DNA from: Myxococcota bacterium
GTDB lineage: Bacteria > Myxococcota_A > UBA9160 > UBA4427
Reading direction: 5' to 3'
Assembly: GCA_036336835.1 (NCBI GenBank)
Contig: JAYZFK010000082.1
Span: 6,951-70,950 of the forward strand
DNA: 64,000 nucleotides
Below the pieces are notes generated by a model. The model was not told the origin of the DNA and did no database searches. It saw nothing but the letters and a program-made list of their open reading frames with translations. How positions within the stretch are numbered: the first letter of the stretch is position 1; every line of letters starts with the position of its first letter. The translations under genes were made by a program, and so were the position numbers. Below are positions 41,510 through 51,305 of this stretch, one piece after another.

Positions 41510-43096
41510 ATGGTCGAACGTGTAGCGCGTTGGCTGGCGGGCGCCCGGCGGCTCGCCTATGCCTGCAGCGAGGTGGAAGTGACCGTGCACAACGTGGGCG
41601 GCTGGACTGCGCGCTGGGCCCGGGTGGCGCCCGACCGGCTTGCGGTGGTCGACGGCGATCTGCGTTTGACCTACGCCGAGTTCGATGACCGGGTGGCTCG
41701 CACCGCCGGCTGGCTCGCCGGGCGTGGCGTCGCCCGGGGGGACCGGGTGGCGATCGTGTCGTCGAATTGCGCCGCCTACCTCGAGCTGGTGCTCGGGGCG
41801 GCGCGCGTCGGAGCGCTGTCCGTGCCGATCAACACACGACTGTCGCCCCGGGAGCTGGCGTTCCAGCTCGATGACTGTCGGCCGGCGTTGGTCGTCTGCG
41901 AGCCGGCGTTGCGCGAAACACTACTGGCCGCGGGCACTCAGACCTCGCACGAGCTCGCTCAACTGGTCGAGGTCGGCGACCGCTACGACCGCGAGCTGGC
42001 AATCGCGCCGGCGTCCGGCGTGACGCCAGTCGCCGCCGACGATCCGATGATGATCCTGTACACCTCGGGCACGACGGGCTCACCGAAAGGAGCCGTGCTC
42101 CCCCATCGCAAGACCCTCTACAACGCGCTCAATGCCCAGCTGTACTTCGGCATCCGCAGTGGCGAGGACCGCGTGCTGGTCGCGAGTCCGCTGTTCCACT
42201 CGCTAGGCCTCAAGATTTTGTCGCTGCCCGTGTTGTATGCGGGCGGCACGCTGGTGCTGCTTCGACGGTTCGATCCGGCGGAGTTCTGGCGGGCCGTGAC
42301 ACGCGAGCGGATCACCTACTCGGGCGGAGTGCCAACACAGTATCGCCGACTGCTCGAGCAGCTCGGGGGCGCGGCGCGCGAGCTCGATCGCAGCAGCCTG
42401 CGCTTCCTGTTCACGGCGGGGGCAGCTGTGGCACCGGAGACGGTACGGGCCTACCAGCGCCAGGGCCTCGTACTGAAGCAGGGCTTCGGGCAGACGGAGA
42501 CCTCCATCCTGTGCTGCCTGCACGAGGACGACGCGGTGCGGAAGGCGGGCAGCGTCGGCCGCCCGGTGTTCCACGCCGAGCTTCGGATCGTCGACCGCGA
42601 GTGCTGCGCCGATCCACCTGAAGACTGGCGCGAGGTCGCGTCGGGCGAGGTCGGCGAGATCGTCGTGCGCGGGCCGATCACGATGCTCGGCTACTGGGAG
42701 CGGCCCGACGACAGCGCCGAGACCCTCCGCGGCGACTGGCTGAGGACCGGTGACCTCGCTTCACGCGACGACGAGGGCTTCGTCACGCTCACCGGCCGGG
42801 CGCACGACATGTATATCTCGGGCGGCGAGAACGTCTATCCCGCGGAGATCGAGAGTGTGCTGGCCGAGCATCCGGCGATTCGCGAGGTGGCCGTGATCGC
42901 GGTACCCGATCCCGACTGGGGCGAGGCCGGGCGCGCCCACGCGGTGCTCGAAGCCGGGGCGACGCTGCGGCTCGAGCAGCTGCGCCACTGGGCCTCCGAA
43001 CGACTCGCGCGCTTCAAGCTCCCCCGCGAGCTCGTGATCGTCACCAGCCTGCCGCGCACGGCCAGCGGCAAGGTCCAGAAGCACGAGCTCGGCTAG
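41510..43096 (+). CDS. AMP-dependent acyl-CoA synthetase/ligase
   Basis: AMP-binding motif ILYTSGTTGSPKGAVL, plus GYWERPD and a C-terminal SGKVQKHEL. The true start may be the GTG at 41585, which is preceded by GAGGTGGAAG. Confidence 0.9.
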   Translation: MVERVARWLAGARRLAYACSEVEVTVHNVGGWTARWARVAPDRLAVVDGDLRLTYAEFDDRVARTAGWLAGRGVARGDRVAIVSSNCAAYLELVLGAARVGALSVPINTRLSPRELAFQLDDCRPALVVCEPALRETLLAAGTQTSHELAQLVEVGDRYDRELAIAPASGVTPVAADDPMMILYTSGTTGSPKGAVLPHRKTLYNALNAQLYFGIRSGEDRVLVASPLFHSLGLKILSLPVLYAGGTLVLLRRFDPAEFWRAVTRERITYSGGVPTQYRRLLEQLGGAARELDRSSLRFLFTAGAAVAPETVRAYQRQGLVLKQGFGQTETSILCCLHEDDAVRKAGSVGRPVFHAELRIVDRECCADPPEDWREVASGEVGEIVVRGPITMLGYWERPDDSAETLRGDWLRTGDLASRDDEGFVTLTGRAHDMYISGGENVYPAEIESVLAEHPAIREVAVIAVPDPDWGEAGRAHAVLEAGATLRLEQLRHWASERLARFKLPRELVIVTSLPRTASGKVQKHELG

Positions 43097-43158
43097 CGCC
43101 AGCCGCCTCAGCTCGCGGTCCGGTTCGATCGCCCGCGCATCGAGGAGCACGACGGTAG

Positions 43159-44517
43159 CTACTGCCAGGCGCTCGGCGGGAGCACGAAGGGATCCTCGGC
43201 TTTCTCGAGCCAGGCCGCGATCTGGTCCGCCAGCTCGCTGCGCTTCTGGGCGTGGTCGGGATCTTCGGCCAGGTTGTGCAGCTGATAGGGGTCGGCCGCG
43301 TTGTCGAACAGCAGCCAAGGTCCGTCGGACCGCACCGCGTAGGTCCAACGCGCCGTGCGGAAGCCGCGGAAGCGCGGAGCCGGGCGCCGCGCGGGCGGCA
43401 GGTGCTCGGTCCGACGGTTCAGGATGTGGAAGATCGGCTGTCCCGCCGGCTCGGGGCCGGGCTCGCCGCGCAGCCAGGGTGAGTGATCCTGGCCGGCCCA
43501 GTCTGGCAGTGGCGGGACCCCCGCCAGTCCCGCGATCGTGGGCGCCATGTCGATCGCGCCGAAGACCGCATCCACCTGCGTCCCCGCTGGCACCAGTCCC
43601 GGCGCCCGCACCAGGAACGGGATGCGGATCGACTCCTCGTACGGGAAGCGCTTGTTGCTCAAGCCGAACGATCCCTGCATGGCTCCATGGTCCGAGGTGT
43701 AGATCACGATCGTGGGGCGATCGAGGTCGAGCGCTTCGAGCCGCGCGAGCACGCGGCCGATCTCGTCGTCGATCGCGCTGATGTGCGCGTGATAGCCTTG
43801 ATACGAGGCAAAGGGCGAGGCGAGCTGCTGCGGAGGGCGGTAGTTGCGCCGGTAGGACAGCGCCCCTTCCGGGTAGAGCGCTCGCTTCTCGGCGGGTGCA
43901 TCCGTGAACACCGCATGCGGCGGATTCCAGGACAGCATCAGCAGCCACGGCCTCGAACGGTGTCGCTCGACGAAGGCGAGCGCCTGCTCGCTCATCACGC
44001 GGGCGTTGTAGCCCTCCTCGTTTTGGTGCCAGACATCGCGCACCGCGCCGACCCAGCGGCCGCCCGCGTGATCGTCACTGTCCTGCCACACGATCGAGCT
44101 GTCGAACCCGAACGCCGTCGCCGTCCAGTTGGCGAGATGGAGCTTGCCGACGTAGCCGGTGACGTAGCCGGCCGCCCGAAACGCCGTGGCGATCGTGGGC
44201 TCGTGTGCCCGCAAGCCAAATCCGTTGTCGATCACCCCGGTCTGATAGGGCCAGCGCCCCGACAGCAACATGGCGCGAAACGGCGCGCACAGCGGATAGT
44301 TGCTGATGGCGTGAGTAAACGAGGCCCCCTCGGCCGCCAGCCGATCGAGCGAAGGCGTCTGCAGCTCCGGCATCTCGCTGTGGCCCATCGAGTGCCAGCG
44401 ATGCTGATCGCTGAACAGCACGATCACGTTCGGCTGCGGCGCGTCGCTCGGATCGCTGCAGGCGGCCAGCGCGAGCGCTGCGAGCAGGATTGCGCACCCC
44501 CGTGCGGCGAAGCTCAT
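43159..44517 (-). CDS. Cys-type sulfatase, predicted lipoprotein
   Basis: Lipobox LALAACS, then NVIVLFSDQHR and the formylglycine motif PLCAPFRAMLLSGR (C-x-P-x-R). Confidence 0.9.
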   Translation of the reverse strand: MSFAARGCAILLAALALAACSDPSDAPQPNVIVLFSDQHRWHSMGHSEMPELQTPSLDRLAAEGASFTHAISNYPLCAPFRAMLLSGRWPYQTGVIDNGFGLRAHEPTIATAFRAAGYVTGYVGKLHLANWTATAFGFDSSIVWQDSDDHAGGRWVGAVRDVWHQNEEGYNARVMSEQALAFVERHRSRPWLLMLSWNPPHAVFTDAPAEKRALYPEGALSYRRNYRPPQQLASPFASYQGYHAHISAIDDEIGRVLARLEALDLDRPTIVIYTSDHGAMQGSFGLSNKRFPYEESIRIPFLVRAPGLVPAGTQVDAVFGAIDMAPTIAGLAGVPPLPDWAGQDHSPWLRGEPGPEPAGQPIFHILNRRTEHLPPARRPAPRFRGFRTARWTYAVRSDGPWLLFDNAADPYQLHNLAEDPDHAQKRSELADQIAAWLEKAEDPFVLPPSAWQ

Positions 44518-44975
44518 CGGCGGGCGTGCTCCGCACCCTGATCGAGCGGCAGCGTCAGGACGACCCGGCCGGTCGCGTGATCCCCGAGCTGGTTGGCAGC
44601 GCGAATCTCGACCTCGACGACGATCTCCTCCCCCTCCTGACCGCTGCGAACGACCTGACCGCTGAAGCGCAGGATCTGGTCGGGCAGCGCCGGAGCGCCC
44701 AATCGTATCGAGATGCTGCGCAACATCGCCTCGGATCCGGCCCAGTCGGTGACGAACCGCGCCACGTAGCCGTTGGTGGTGAGGATGTTCATGAAGACGT
44801 CCGGCGCGCCCTGTGCTGCGGCGAAGTCGCGGTCGTGGTGCGCGGGCATGAAGTCTCGCGAGGCGATCGCTCCGGCGACGATCACGGTCGCGGTGACCGG
44901 CAGATCGAACGGCGGCAGCTCGTCGCCGACGGCGATCGTTAGAGCCCGGTGCGCACCGTCGAATGGCCCGGTCAT
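44514..44975 (-). CDS. MaoC-like hotdog dehydratase subunit (HadB-like)
   Basis: MTGPFDGAHRALTIAVGDELPP...RDFMPAHHDRDFAAAQGAPDVFMN. ATGA overlaps on both sides. The track ORF's first 117 aa are rejected. Confidence 0.8.
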   Translation of the reverse strand: MTGPFDGAHRALTIAVGDELPPFDLPVTATVIVAGAIASRDFMPAHHDRDFAAAQGAPDVFMNILTTNGYVARFVTDWAGSEAMLRSISIRLGAPALPDQILRFSGQVVRSGQEGEEIVVEVEIRAANQLGDHATGRVVLTLPLDQGAEHARR

Positions 44976-45550
44976 GCGCTCGCTCCGACCCCGCCCGGCT
45001 GAACCGCCGGCGCGAACTTGAGGATGCGGAAGCGCTGGCGGCCGACGACCTCTGCGTGCTGGTCGGTGTAGGTCGTCAGCCAGGTCACGAAGTAGCCAAG
45101 GCCGAGCGCGGTCGTCTTGCGCGCCGAGATCGACTCCAGCACGGTGGACGACTGGACGCGGTCGCCCGGACGCAGGTAGCGCACGAACTCGAGCTCGGAG
45201 TTCGTGGCCAGCGTGCCGGTGTAGCCGGCCTCGGCAAGCTTGCGAAACGGACTGTCGGGGTCGATCTCGCCCGACGAGCCGCCCCGCTCGGCGATGCCCT
45301 CGATCCGCGGGCGCGCCATCGTCCACGTCTGGAGCATCGCCGGCGGCGCGACGATTCCGCCGAACCGGCTGTTCGCAGCGCGCGACGCATCGAGGTACAC
45401 GGGGTTGCGGTCATCGAGCGCGTCGACCCAGTGCCGGATCATCGGCAGGTTGACCTCGTCGGGCGCCACCGACGGTCCCGAAGCGCTCATCGGCTTTCCG
45501 ATCCAGATTTCGAGTCCGGCTCGCAGCGAATCCGATTCAGCGTCTGACAT
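44972..45550 (-). CDS. Hotdog-fold dehydratase subunit, N-terminal MaoC/FAS1-like type (HadA-like)
   Basis: VNLPMIRHWVDALDDRNPVYLD...GDRVQSSTVLESISARKTTALGLGYFVTW. The start is taken at MSDAESD; 45595 is also possible. Confidence 0.75.
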   Translation of the reverse strand: MSDAESDSLRAGLEIWIGKPMSASGPSVAPDEVNLPMIRHWVDALDDRNPVYLDASRAANSRFGGIVAPPAMLQTWTMARPRIEGIAERGGSSGEIDPDSPFRKLAEAGYTGTLATNSELEFVRYLRPGDRVQSSTVLESISARKTTALGLGYFVTWLTTYTDQHAEVVGRQRFRILKFAPAVQPGGVGASA

Positions 45551-45800
45551 CGAGGCCTCCTCGAGCGCCCCCGCCCGGTACGCGGGTGACGCCACTCTAC
45601 CCCGCGACGGCGCGGGCAGCGCTCGTGGTACCGTTGCCCTCCCATGTCGGTTCGACTCGTGGCAATCCTAGTTGGTGCCAATTCGACCGTTGCCACCAGG
45701 GCCGGATTCGTGCCGCGCCCGGCCGCTGGCAAGCTTGCAACCCGGACGCCGGGCACCCGGGGCTGGTCTGCCTCCCACCGCTCCGCCCAAGGAGATCTCC

Positions 45801-47444
45801 GTGGCACATGACCTGGTGATTCGGGGCGGAACCTTGTACGACGGAACCGGTCGAGCCGGCAAGAGCGGGGATCTCGCCATCGACGGCGAGCGGATCTCCC
45901 AGCTCGGCGGCCGCGCGGCCGCCGGCACACGCGAGATCGACGCCACTGGGCTCGCCGTGGCACCTGGCTTCATCGACCCCCACACGCACTACGACGCGCA
46001 GATCTGCTGGGATCCGAACCTCACTCCTTCCTGCTGGCAGGGCATCACGAGCGTGGTGATGGGCAACTGCGGCTTTACGGTGGCGCCCTGTCGTCCAGAC
46101 GATCGCGAGCGCATCATGCGCATGCTGACGCGAGTGGAGGGGATGAGCCTCCCGGCCCTGCGGGAGGGCATCGACTGGACCTGGGAGCGATTTCCCGAGT
46201 ACCTCGATGCCATCGAGGTCGGCTCTCCGGGCCTGAATGTGGGCGTGCTGGCCGGCCACTCGGCCATCCGTTACTTCGTGATGGGAGACGCCGCAACCGA
46301 GCGGGAAGCGACGCCCGCGGAGATCGAGGCCATGCGCGGCCAGGTGCGTGAGGCCATGGAGGCGGGCGCGCTGGGCTTCTCGACGTCGATGGCGCCGACC
46401 CACATTGGCGGCGACGGCAAGCCGGTGCCGAGTCGCCTCGCGAGCGACGACGAGGTCCTCGAGCTAACCCAGGTGCTCGCCGAATACGGCCGCGGCGCCT
46501 TCGAGATCGTGACGCGGAACCTCGTCGACGTCGACGTGCCCATCGCTGTCGCGAAGCAGACTGGTCGCCCCGTCACGATGCTGGGCATCGTGCGTGACGA
46601 GGAGCGCGTGAAGCTCGATCGTGCACTCGCCGAGGGACACCGCGTCATCGTCCAGACGACCTGCCGACCGACCAGCATGGAGTTTCGGCTGGACGAGATG
46701 GGCTTGTTCGACCAGCTGCCCAGCTGGCAGGAAACCGCCGCGCACAAGGGAGAACCGCTGCGCGCGCTGCTGCGGGACGTCGCGTTCCGGGTGCGCTTCC
46801 GCCGCGATGTAGAGGGCGAGTTCGAGGGCTTCCGCCTGTTCAAGGGCGACTGGGATGGGGTCTCGGTCCTGACGGCCGACGAGCCCGCGCTGAGCAAGTA
46901 CATCGGCTCGACCGTCGGCGAGATCGCGAAGGCCCGGGGGCAGGACCCGCTCGAGACCTTCTTCGATGTGGCGCTCGAGGACGACCTCGCCATGCAGTTT
47001 GGCTACACGCTCTCAGGCGACGAGGGCCGCGGCCCTGGCCTGCTCGACGACAACCAGATGATCGGGCTGTCGGACGCCGGGGCGCACCTCACGTTGCTCG
47101 CCGACCACGCCTATCCCACCTACTTCCTGGGCCGCTGGGTCCGCGAGCGCGGTCTGATGCCCCTCGAGCAGGCGGTGCGCAAGCTCACCCAGGTGCCGGC
47201 CCAGTTCTTCGGGATTCCCGAGCGCGGTGAGCTGCGCGAGGGCTGGTACGCCGACCTGGTGCTCTTCGACCCCGAGCGGATCCTGCCGCACGAGCCCGAG
47301 CTGGTGAGCGATCTCCCGGGCGGCAGTCGGCGTCTGGTGACACGAGCCGATGGCATCGAGGCCGTCGTCGTCAACGGCGGCGTGGCAGTCGAGGCGGGCG
47401 AGCTCACCGGGGAGCGGCGCGGACACGTGATCCGCGGCGCCTGA
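45801..47444 (+). CDS. N-acyl-D-amino-acid deacylase-family amidohydrolase
   Basis: GTG after AAGGAGA. HDLVIRGGTLYDGTG...APGFIDPHTHYD metal-binding start and a C-terminal GLSDAGAH. Confidence 0.85.
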   Translation: MAHDLVIRGGTLYDGTGRAGKSGDLAIDGERISQLGGRAAAGTREIDATGLAVAPGFIDPHTHYDAQICWDPNLTPSCWQGITSVVMGNCGFTVAPCRPDDRERIMRMLTRVEGMSLPALREGIDWTWERFPEYLDAIEVGSPGLNVGVLAGHSAIRYFVMGDAATEREATPAEIEAMRGQVREAMEAGALGFSTSMAPTHIGGDGKPVPSRLASDDEVLELTQVLAEYGRGAFEIVTRNLVDVDVPIAVAKQTGRPVTMLGIVRDEERVKLDRALAEGHRVIVQTTCRPTSMEFRLDEMGLFDQLPSWQETAAHKGEPLRALLRDVAFRVRFRRDVEGEFEGFRLFKGDWDGVSVLTADEPALSKYIGSTVGEIAKARGQDPLETFFDVALEDDLAMQFGYTLSGDEGRGPGLLDDNQMIGLSDAGAHLTLLADHAYPTYFLGRWVRERGLMPLEQAVRKLTQVPAQFFGIPERGELREGWYADLVLFDPERILPHEPELVSDLPGGSRRLVTRADGIEAVVVNGGVAVEAGELTGERRGHVIRGA

Positions 47445-47658
47445 ACTCGCATCGAGCAGACCATGGCTAGCCGACTCCGGCCCTGCTCCGCATGAGACAC
47501 GTTCGTGACACGATCGCGGGCTGGAGCCTCGGACTGAACGAGGGTCTTCCGCAGCCCCGCTGGTGGCTCTCGCTTGGCCCGCGCGTGGCCCACTTCGCCG
47601 GCATCGCACGCCCGACGCGGCTCGCGCGCGGGGCGCGTGGACTCGGGCCGATCGAGTG

Positions 47659-48684
47659 ATGCGCCGCATCCTGGTGACCGGCGCCAGCGGCCTGATCGGC
47701 TGCCACACGACCGCCACCCTGGTCCGCGAGGGCTTCGCAGTGCGAGCCCTGCTGCGCGATCCGGCGAAGCTCGAGACCGTGCTGAAGCCGTTCGCGCTCG
47801 CTCCGGGCACAATCGAGGTGCAGCGGGGCGATGTCACGCAGCGCGACAGCGTCGCACCGGCGATGGTCGGGTGTGATGCCGTCATCCACTGTGCCGGGCG
47901 GTTCTCACATGACCTGTCGGAGGCGGACGCACTGCGCGCGGTCAACGTGCAGGGCACCGAGAACGTGTTGCGCGCGGCCGTCGATGCACGACTCGACCCG
48001 GTGATCCACATCTCGAGCCTGTTGGCGTTGCTGCCGCCGCGCGGCCCGAAGCTGACGGCCAACGACCCGATCGGAACCGCACGTTCGATGTACTCGCAGA
48101 CCAAGGCCGACTCGGATCGAATCGCCCGCCAGCTCCAGGACGACGGCGCACCAGTTGCGATCGTCTATCCAGGCTCCGTCCAGGGTCCCCACGATCCGAC
48201 GGTTGGCAGCGGTCCCGCGTTGTTCGCCGGCTACCTCGAGAGCGGCCGGGTCCTGGTCACGCGCGGCGGGCTCGCATACACCGATGTGCGCGACCTGGCC
48301 CGCTTGCTCGCACGACTCCTGGACCCGGGGCGGGGCCCGCGCCGCATCATGGCTCCGGCGGACTTCGTCGAGCACGATCGCTTTCACGACCTGCTGTGCG
48401 AACTCACAGGGCGTGCCTTGAAGGCCGACCGGGTGCCCGCCTGGCTGCTCGGGGGACTCGGAGCGCTCGGCGATCTGCGCCAGCGCCTCACCGGGCGTCC
48501 CGCGGCGCTCACCTCGGAGGCGGCCTTCGTGCTGACCCGCAGCGTTCCATTCGACGACGCGGAGGCTCGTGCACTGCTCGACGCACCGCCTCACGACGCG
48601 CGGCGATCCTTTCACGACCTGCTCCGCTGGATGTTCCAGGCGGGCGTGCTGAACGCCTCGCAGGTCGGCCGATTGGCCGACTAG
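47659..48684 (+). CDS. NAD-dependent epimerase/dehydratase-family SDR
   Basis: MRRILVTGASGLIGCH Rossmann motif and the YSQTK catalytic motif. Confidence 0.8.
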   Translation: MRRILVTGASGLIGCHTTATLVREGFAVRALLRDPAKLETVLKPFALAPGTIEVQRGDVTQRDSVAPAMVGCDAVIHCAGRFSHDLSEADALRAVNVQGTENVLRAAVDARLDPVIHISSLLALLPPRGPKLTANDPIGTARSMYSQTKADSDRIARQLQDDGAPVAIVYPGSVQGPHDPTVGSGPALFAGYLESGRVLVTRGGLAYTDVRDLARLLARLLDPGRGPRRIMAPADFVEHDRFHDLLCELTGRALKADRVPAWLLGGLGALGDLRQRLTGRPAALTSEAAFVLTRSVPFDDAEARALLDAPPHDARRSFHDLLRWMFQAGVLNASQVGRLAD

Positions 48685-48720
48685 CCGACGGCCGACCGAG
48701 CGAATCGACGACGAGCCAGG

Positions 48721-49929
48721 CTACACGCCTCCGCCCGCTGGAAACTCGATGGGCAGGGACGTGTAGCCGCGAATGAACTCCGTGCGATCGCGCTTCGCGG
48801 CCGCCTCGTCCACCTGGTAGTCCGGGATCCGGCGCAGCAGCTCTTCGAGCAGGATGCGTCCTTCCAGCTCGGCGAAGTTCGCGCCGAGGCAGCGGTGCAC
48901 ACCGTGGCCGAACGAGAGGATGCGCGGCGAACTCCTGTGGATGTCGAAGCGGTCGGGATCCTCGAACTCGCGTTCGTCCCGATTGGCCGAGGGATAGAGG
49001 AACATGACGGACTGGCCGGGCTCCAGGGTCTTGCCGCCGATCTCCACCTGCCTGGAGACGGAGCGCATCAAGAACTGGGTCGGCATGTCGTAGCGCAGGC
49101 ACTCGCGGAGTCCCTGCGCAATGAGCGAAGGATCGGCGACCAGCTCGGCGCGCTGATCGGGATGCTGCGCCAGGCGCAGCACCGAGGTCGCGAAGACCTT
49201 CGGAAAGGTCTCGGTGGCACCCACCAGCAACAGGATCAGGTGCTGGCCGATCAGCTCGTCGCTCAGCAGCTCGCCGTCGACCTTCGCGCGCAGGAAGACG
49301 TCGATCGGCGACTCGGCCGGGCCGGTGTAGGAGCGGCGCGCCTTCGCGATGCCCTCGAGGTATCCGATCATCTCCTCGAAGGCGGACACACCCGTCTGCG
49401 TCATGCCTACTGTGCCCTCCTCCCGAGAGAGGAAGCGCTTCACGAGATCGACGACGTAACCGGCGTCCTCCTCGGGAAAGCCGACGGCGATGTTCGCCAC
49501 ACGCACGGCGACAATCTGGCCCAGCTGGCCAATCGCGTCGCCCTGCCCTTCGTCGATGAAGGAATCGATGCATTCTGTGACGAACCCGCGGATCGTCGCC
49601 TCGAGCGAGCGCACACGCCGGGGCATGAAGTAGGGCGCAACGGCTGCGCGCAGCTTCGTCTGACTGGGCGGATCCATGTGATTGAGGTTGGGCAGTGGTG
49701 GAATCGTCTTGGTGAGCAGATACTGCGGTGAGCTCCCCTGCTCCACTGTGTAGTGCCCGTTGTCCATCGATGCGTTCCAGATGTCGTCGAAACGGGCCAG
49801 GGCCCAGGCATCCCACTTCTCGAGATAGTGGACCGGCGACTCGGCACGCAGCGCTCGGTAGAAGGGATACGGATCGTCCAGCACCGCATCCGCGTACGGG
49901 TCGTACTCCGCCACGTCGACCGCAGTCAT
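48721..49929 (-). CDS. Cytochrome P450
   Basis: Heme-thiolate loop FGHGVHRCLGANFA and an I-helix LLLVGATETF. Confidence 0.9.
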   Translation of the reverse strand: MTAVDVAEYDPYADAVLDDPYPFYRALRAESPVHYLEKWDAWALARFDDIWNASMDNGHYTVEQGSSPQYLLTKTIPPLPNLNHMDPPSQTKLRAAVAPYFMPRRVRSLEATIRGFVTECIDSFIDEGQGDAIGQLGQIVAVRVANIAVGFPEEDAGYVVDLVKRFLSREEGTVGMTQTGVSAFEEMIGYLEGIAKARRSYTGPAESPIDVFLRAKVDGELLSDELIGQHLILLLVGATETFPKVFATSVLRLAQHPDQRAELVADPSLIAQGLRECLRYDMPTQFLMRSVSRQVEIGGKTLEPGQSVMFLYPSANRDEREFEDPDRFDIHRSSPRILSFGHGVHRCLGANFAELEGRILLEELLRRIPDYQVDEAAAKRDRTEFIRGYTSLPIEFPAGGGV

Positions 49930-50042
49930 CGCCACTCCTGTCGGGCTCTCTCGCCTCAACCCTACTGCAGGCAGCGCTCGTCTACAGCATCGACGTCGCG
50001 CGTGCTCTCCTATTACAACGTGGCACGCAGCATGCGTCGTGG

Positions 50043-51278
50043 TCAGTCCCCCGGCCCGAGCTTGGCCAACGCCCGGTAGGCCGCGTCGCGCAGCGCCTTC
50101 TCGCGCGGGTCGTCGACCAGGTAGACTCCCATCTTGTTCATCACGTAGCCCATCCCGAGTCGAGCGTCTGGATCCGCAAAGCCGAACGATCCGCCGGCCC
50201 CGGGTGTCCCGAAGGCGCGCGGACTCGAGGCGAAGTCATACACCGGGCTCGGCTTCATGAAGCCGAGAGAGAAGACGGTCTCGGCGCGCAGGACGAGGTC
50301 GTCGAGCCCCCCGCTCGGGTACACGGCATCCGCCATCAAGCTGTCGAGCGTCTCCTTGCGAAGTCCCAGCTCGCTGCCTCCACACGCGAAAGCACTGTAG
50401 AGCCTCGCAATGCTTCGCGCGTCACCGATACCGTTCACCGAGGGGATCTCGACCGCGCGCAGTGCCGGCGACCGGTTGAAGTCCACCCGGCCTCGCATCC
50501 GGGGATTGGCGAAGGCACGGCCAGTCAACGACCACGGGTTCAGCATCCCGAGCAGCATCTTCGGCGGAAGCGTGTTCGGCGCGCCCCACTTGAGGAGGGC
50601 GCGCGCGATACTCAGCGGATGAATCCGAGCGATACGCGACTCGGGAAACGTCGCGGGCAGGCCGATGTGGAAATCGAGACCGAGCGGCTCAGCCAGCTCT
50701 TCGCGGAAGAAACGCCCCAGGCTGCGGTGCTGCGGGTCGACGCGTCGCAGCAGCTCGCCCTGAAACCAGCCCAGGCTGATCGCGTGGTAACCGTGGCGCG
50801 AGCCGGGCTCCCAGGCCGGCTTCTGCCGCGCCAGGATCTCGGCCAGCCGGTCGAGATCGCCGAGAATCTCTGCGTCGAGCGGCTCGTCGACTGCACAGAG
50901 CCCGGCCTGGTGCGCGCACAGCTGGCGCACCGTGATGTCCTGCTTGCCCACCTGCGCGAACTCGGGCCAGTAGCGTGCGACGGGCGCGTCCCAGTCCAGA
51001 AGCTGGCGCGAGTGTGCGAGCGCCAGCGCGGTGGCGCTGACTCCCTTGGTGGTCGAGAACACCGTCGTGACCGTGTCCTGCTGCCAGGGACGGGTCCGTT
51101 GCTTGTCGAGATGCCCGCCCCAGAGATCGACGACCAGGCGCCCGCGGTGATAGACGGCAAATGCCGCACCGAACTCGCCGCGGTCGGCGAGATTTCTCTC
51201 GAACTCGTAGCGGACGCCTTCGAATCCGGACTCGGTCGTGCCGTGGACAACCCTCGCCGTGACGTCCGATCGCGTCAT
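50043..51278 (-). CDS. Beta-lactamase-family serine hydrolase (class C / esterase-like)
   Basis: S-x-x-K motif FSTTKGVSA and a length of about 410 aa. Confidence 0.88.
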   Translation of the reverse strand: MTRSDVTARVVHGTTESGFEGVRYEFERNLADRGEFGAAFAVYHRGRLVVDLWGGHLDKQRTRPWQQDTVTTVFSTTKGVSATALALAHSRQLLDWDAPVARYWPEFAQVGKQDITVRQLCAHQAGLCAVDEPLDAEILGDLDRLAEILARQKPAWEPGSRHGYHAISLGWFQGELLRRVDPQHRSLGRFFREELAEPLGLDFHIGLPATFPESRIARIHPLSIARALLKWGAPNTLPPKMLLGMLNPWSLTGRAFANPRMRGRVDFNRSPALRAVEIPSVNGIGDARSIARLYSAFACGGSELGLRKETLDSLMADAVYPSGGLDDLVLRAETVFSLGFMKPSPVYDFASSPRAFGTPGAGGSFGFADPDARLGMGYVMNKMGVYLVDDPREKALRDAAYRALAKLGPGD

Positions 51279-51305
51279 TGCCGCATGCTACCCGATAGAG
51301 TCCCA

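Noticed and set aside
45660-45700. The inverted repeat GTGGCAA-N24-TTGCCAC and the TTGGTGCCAA element in the divergent region upstream of the amidohydrolase, as a regulator operator.
   Set aside because: The arms are short and far apart, the central element is imperfect, and no regulator gene is adjacent. This could easily occur by chance.
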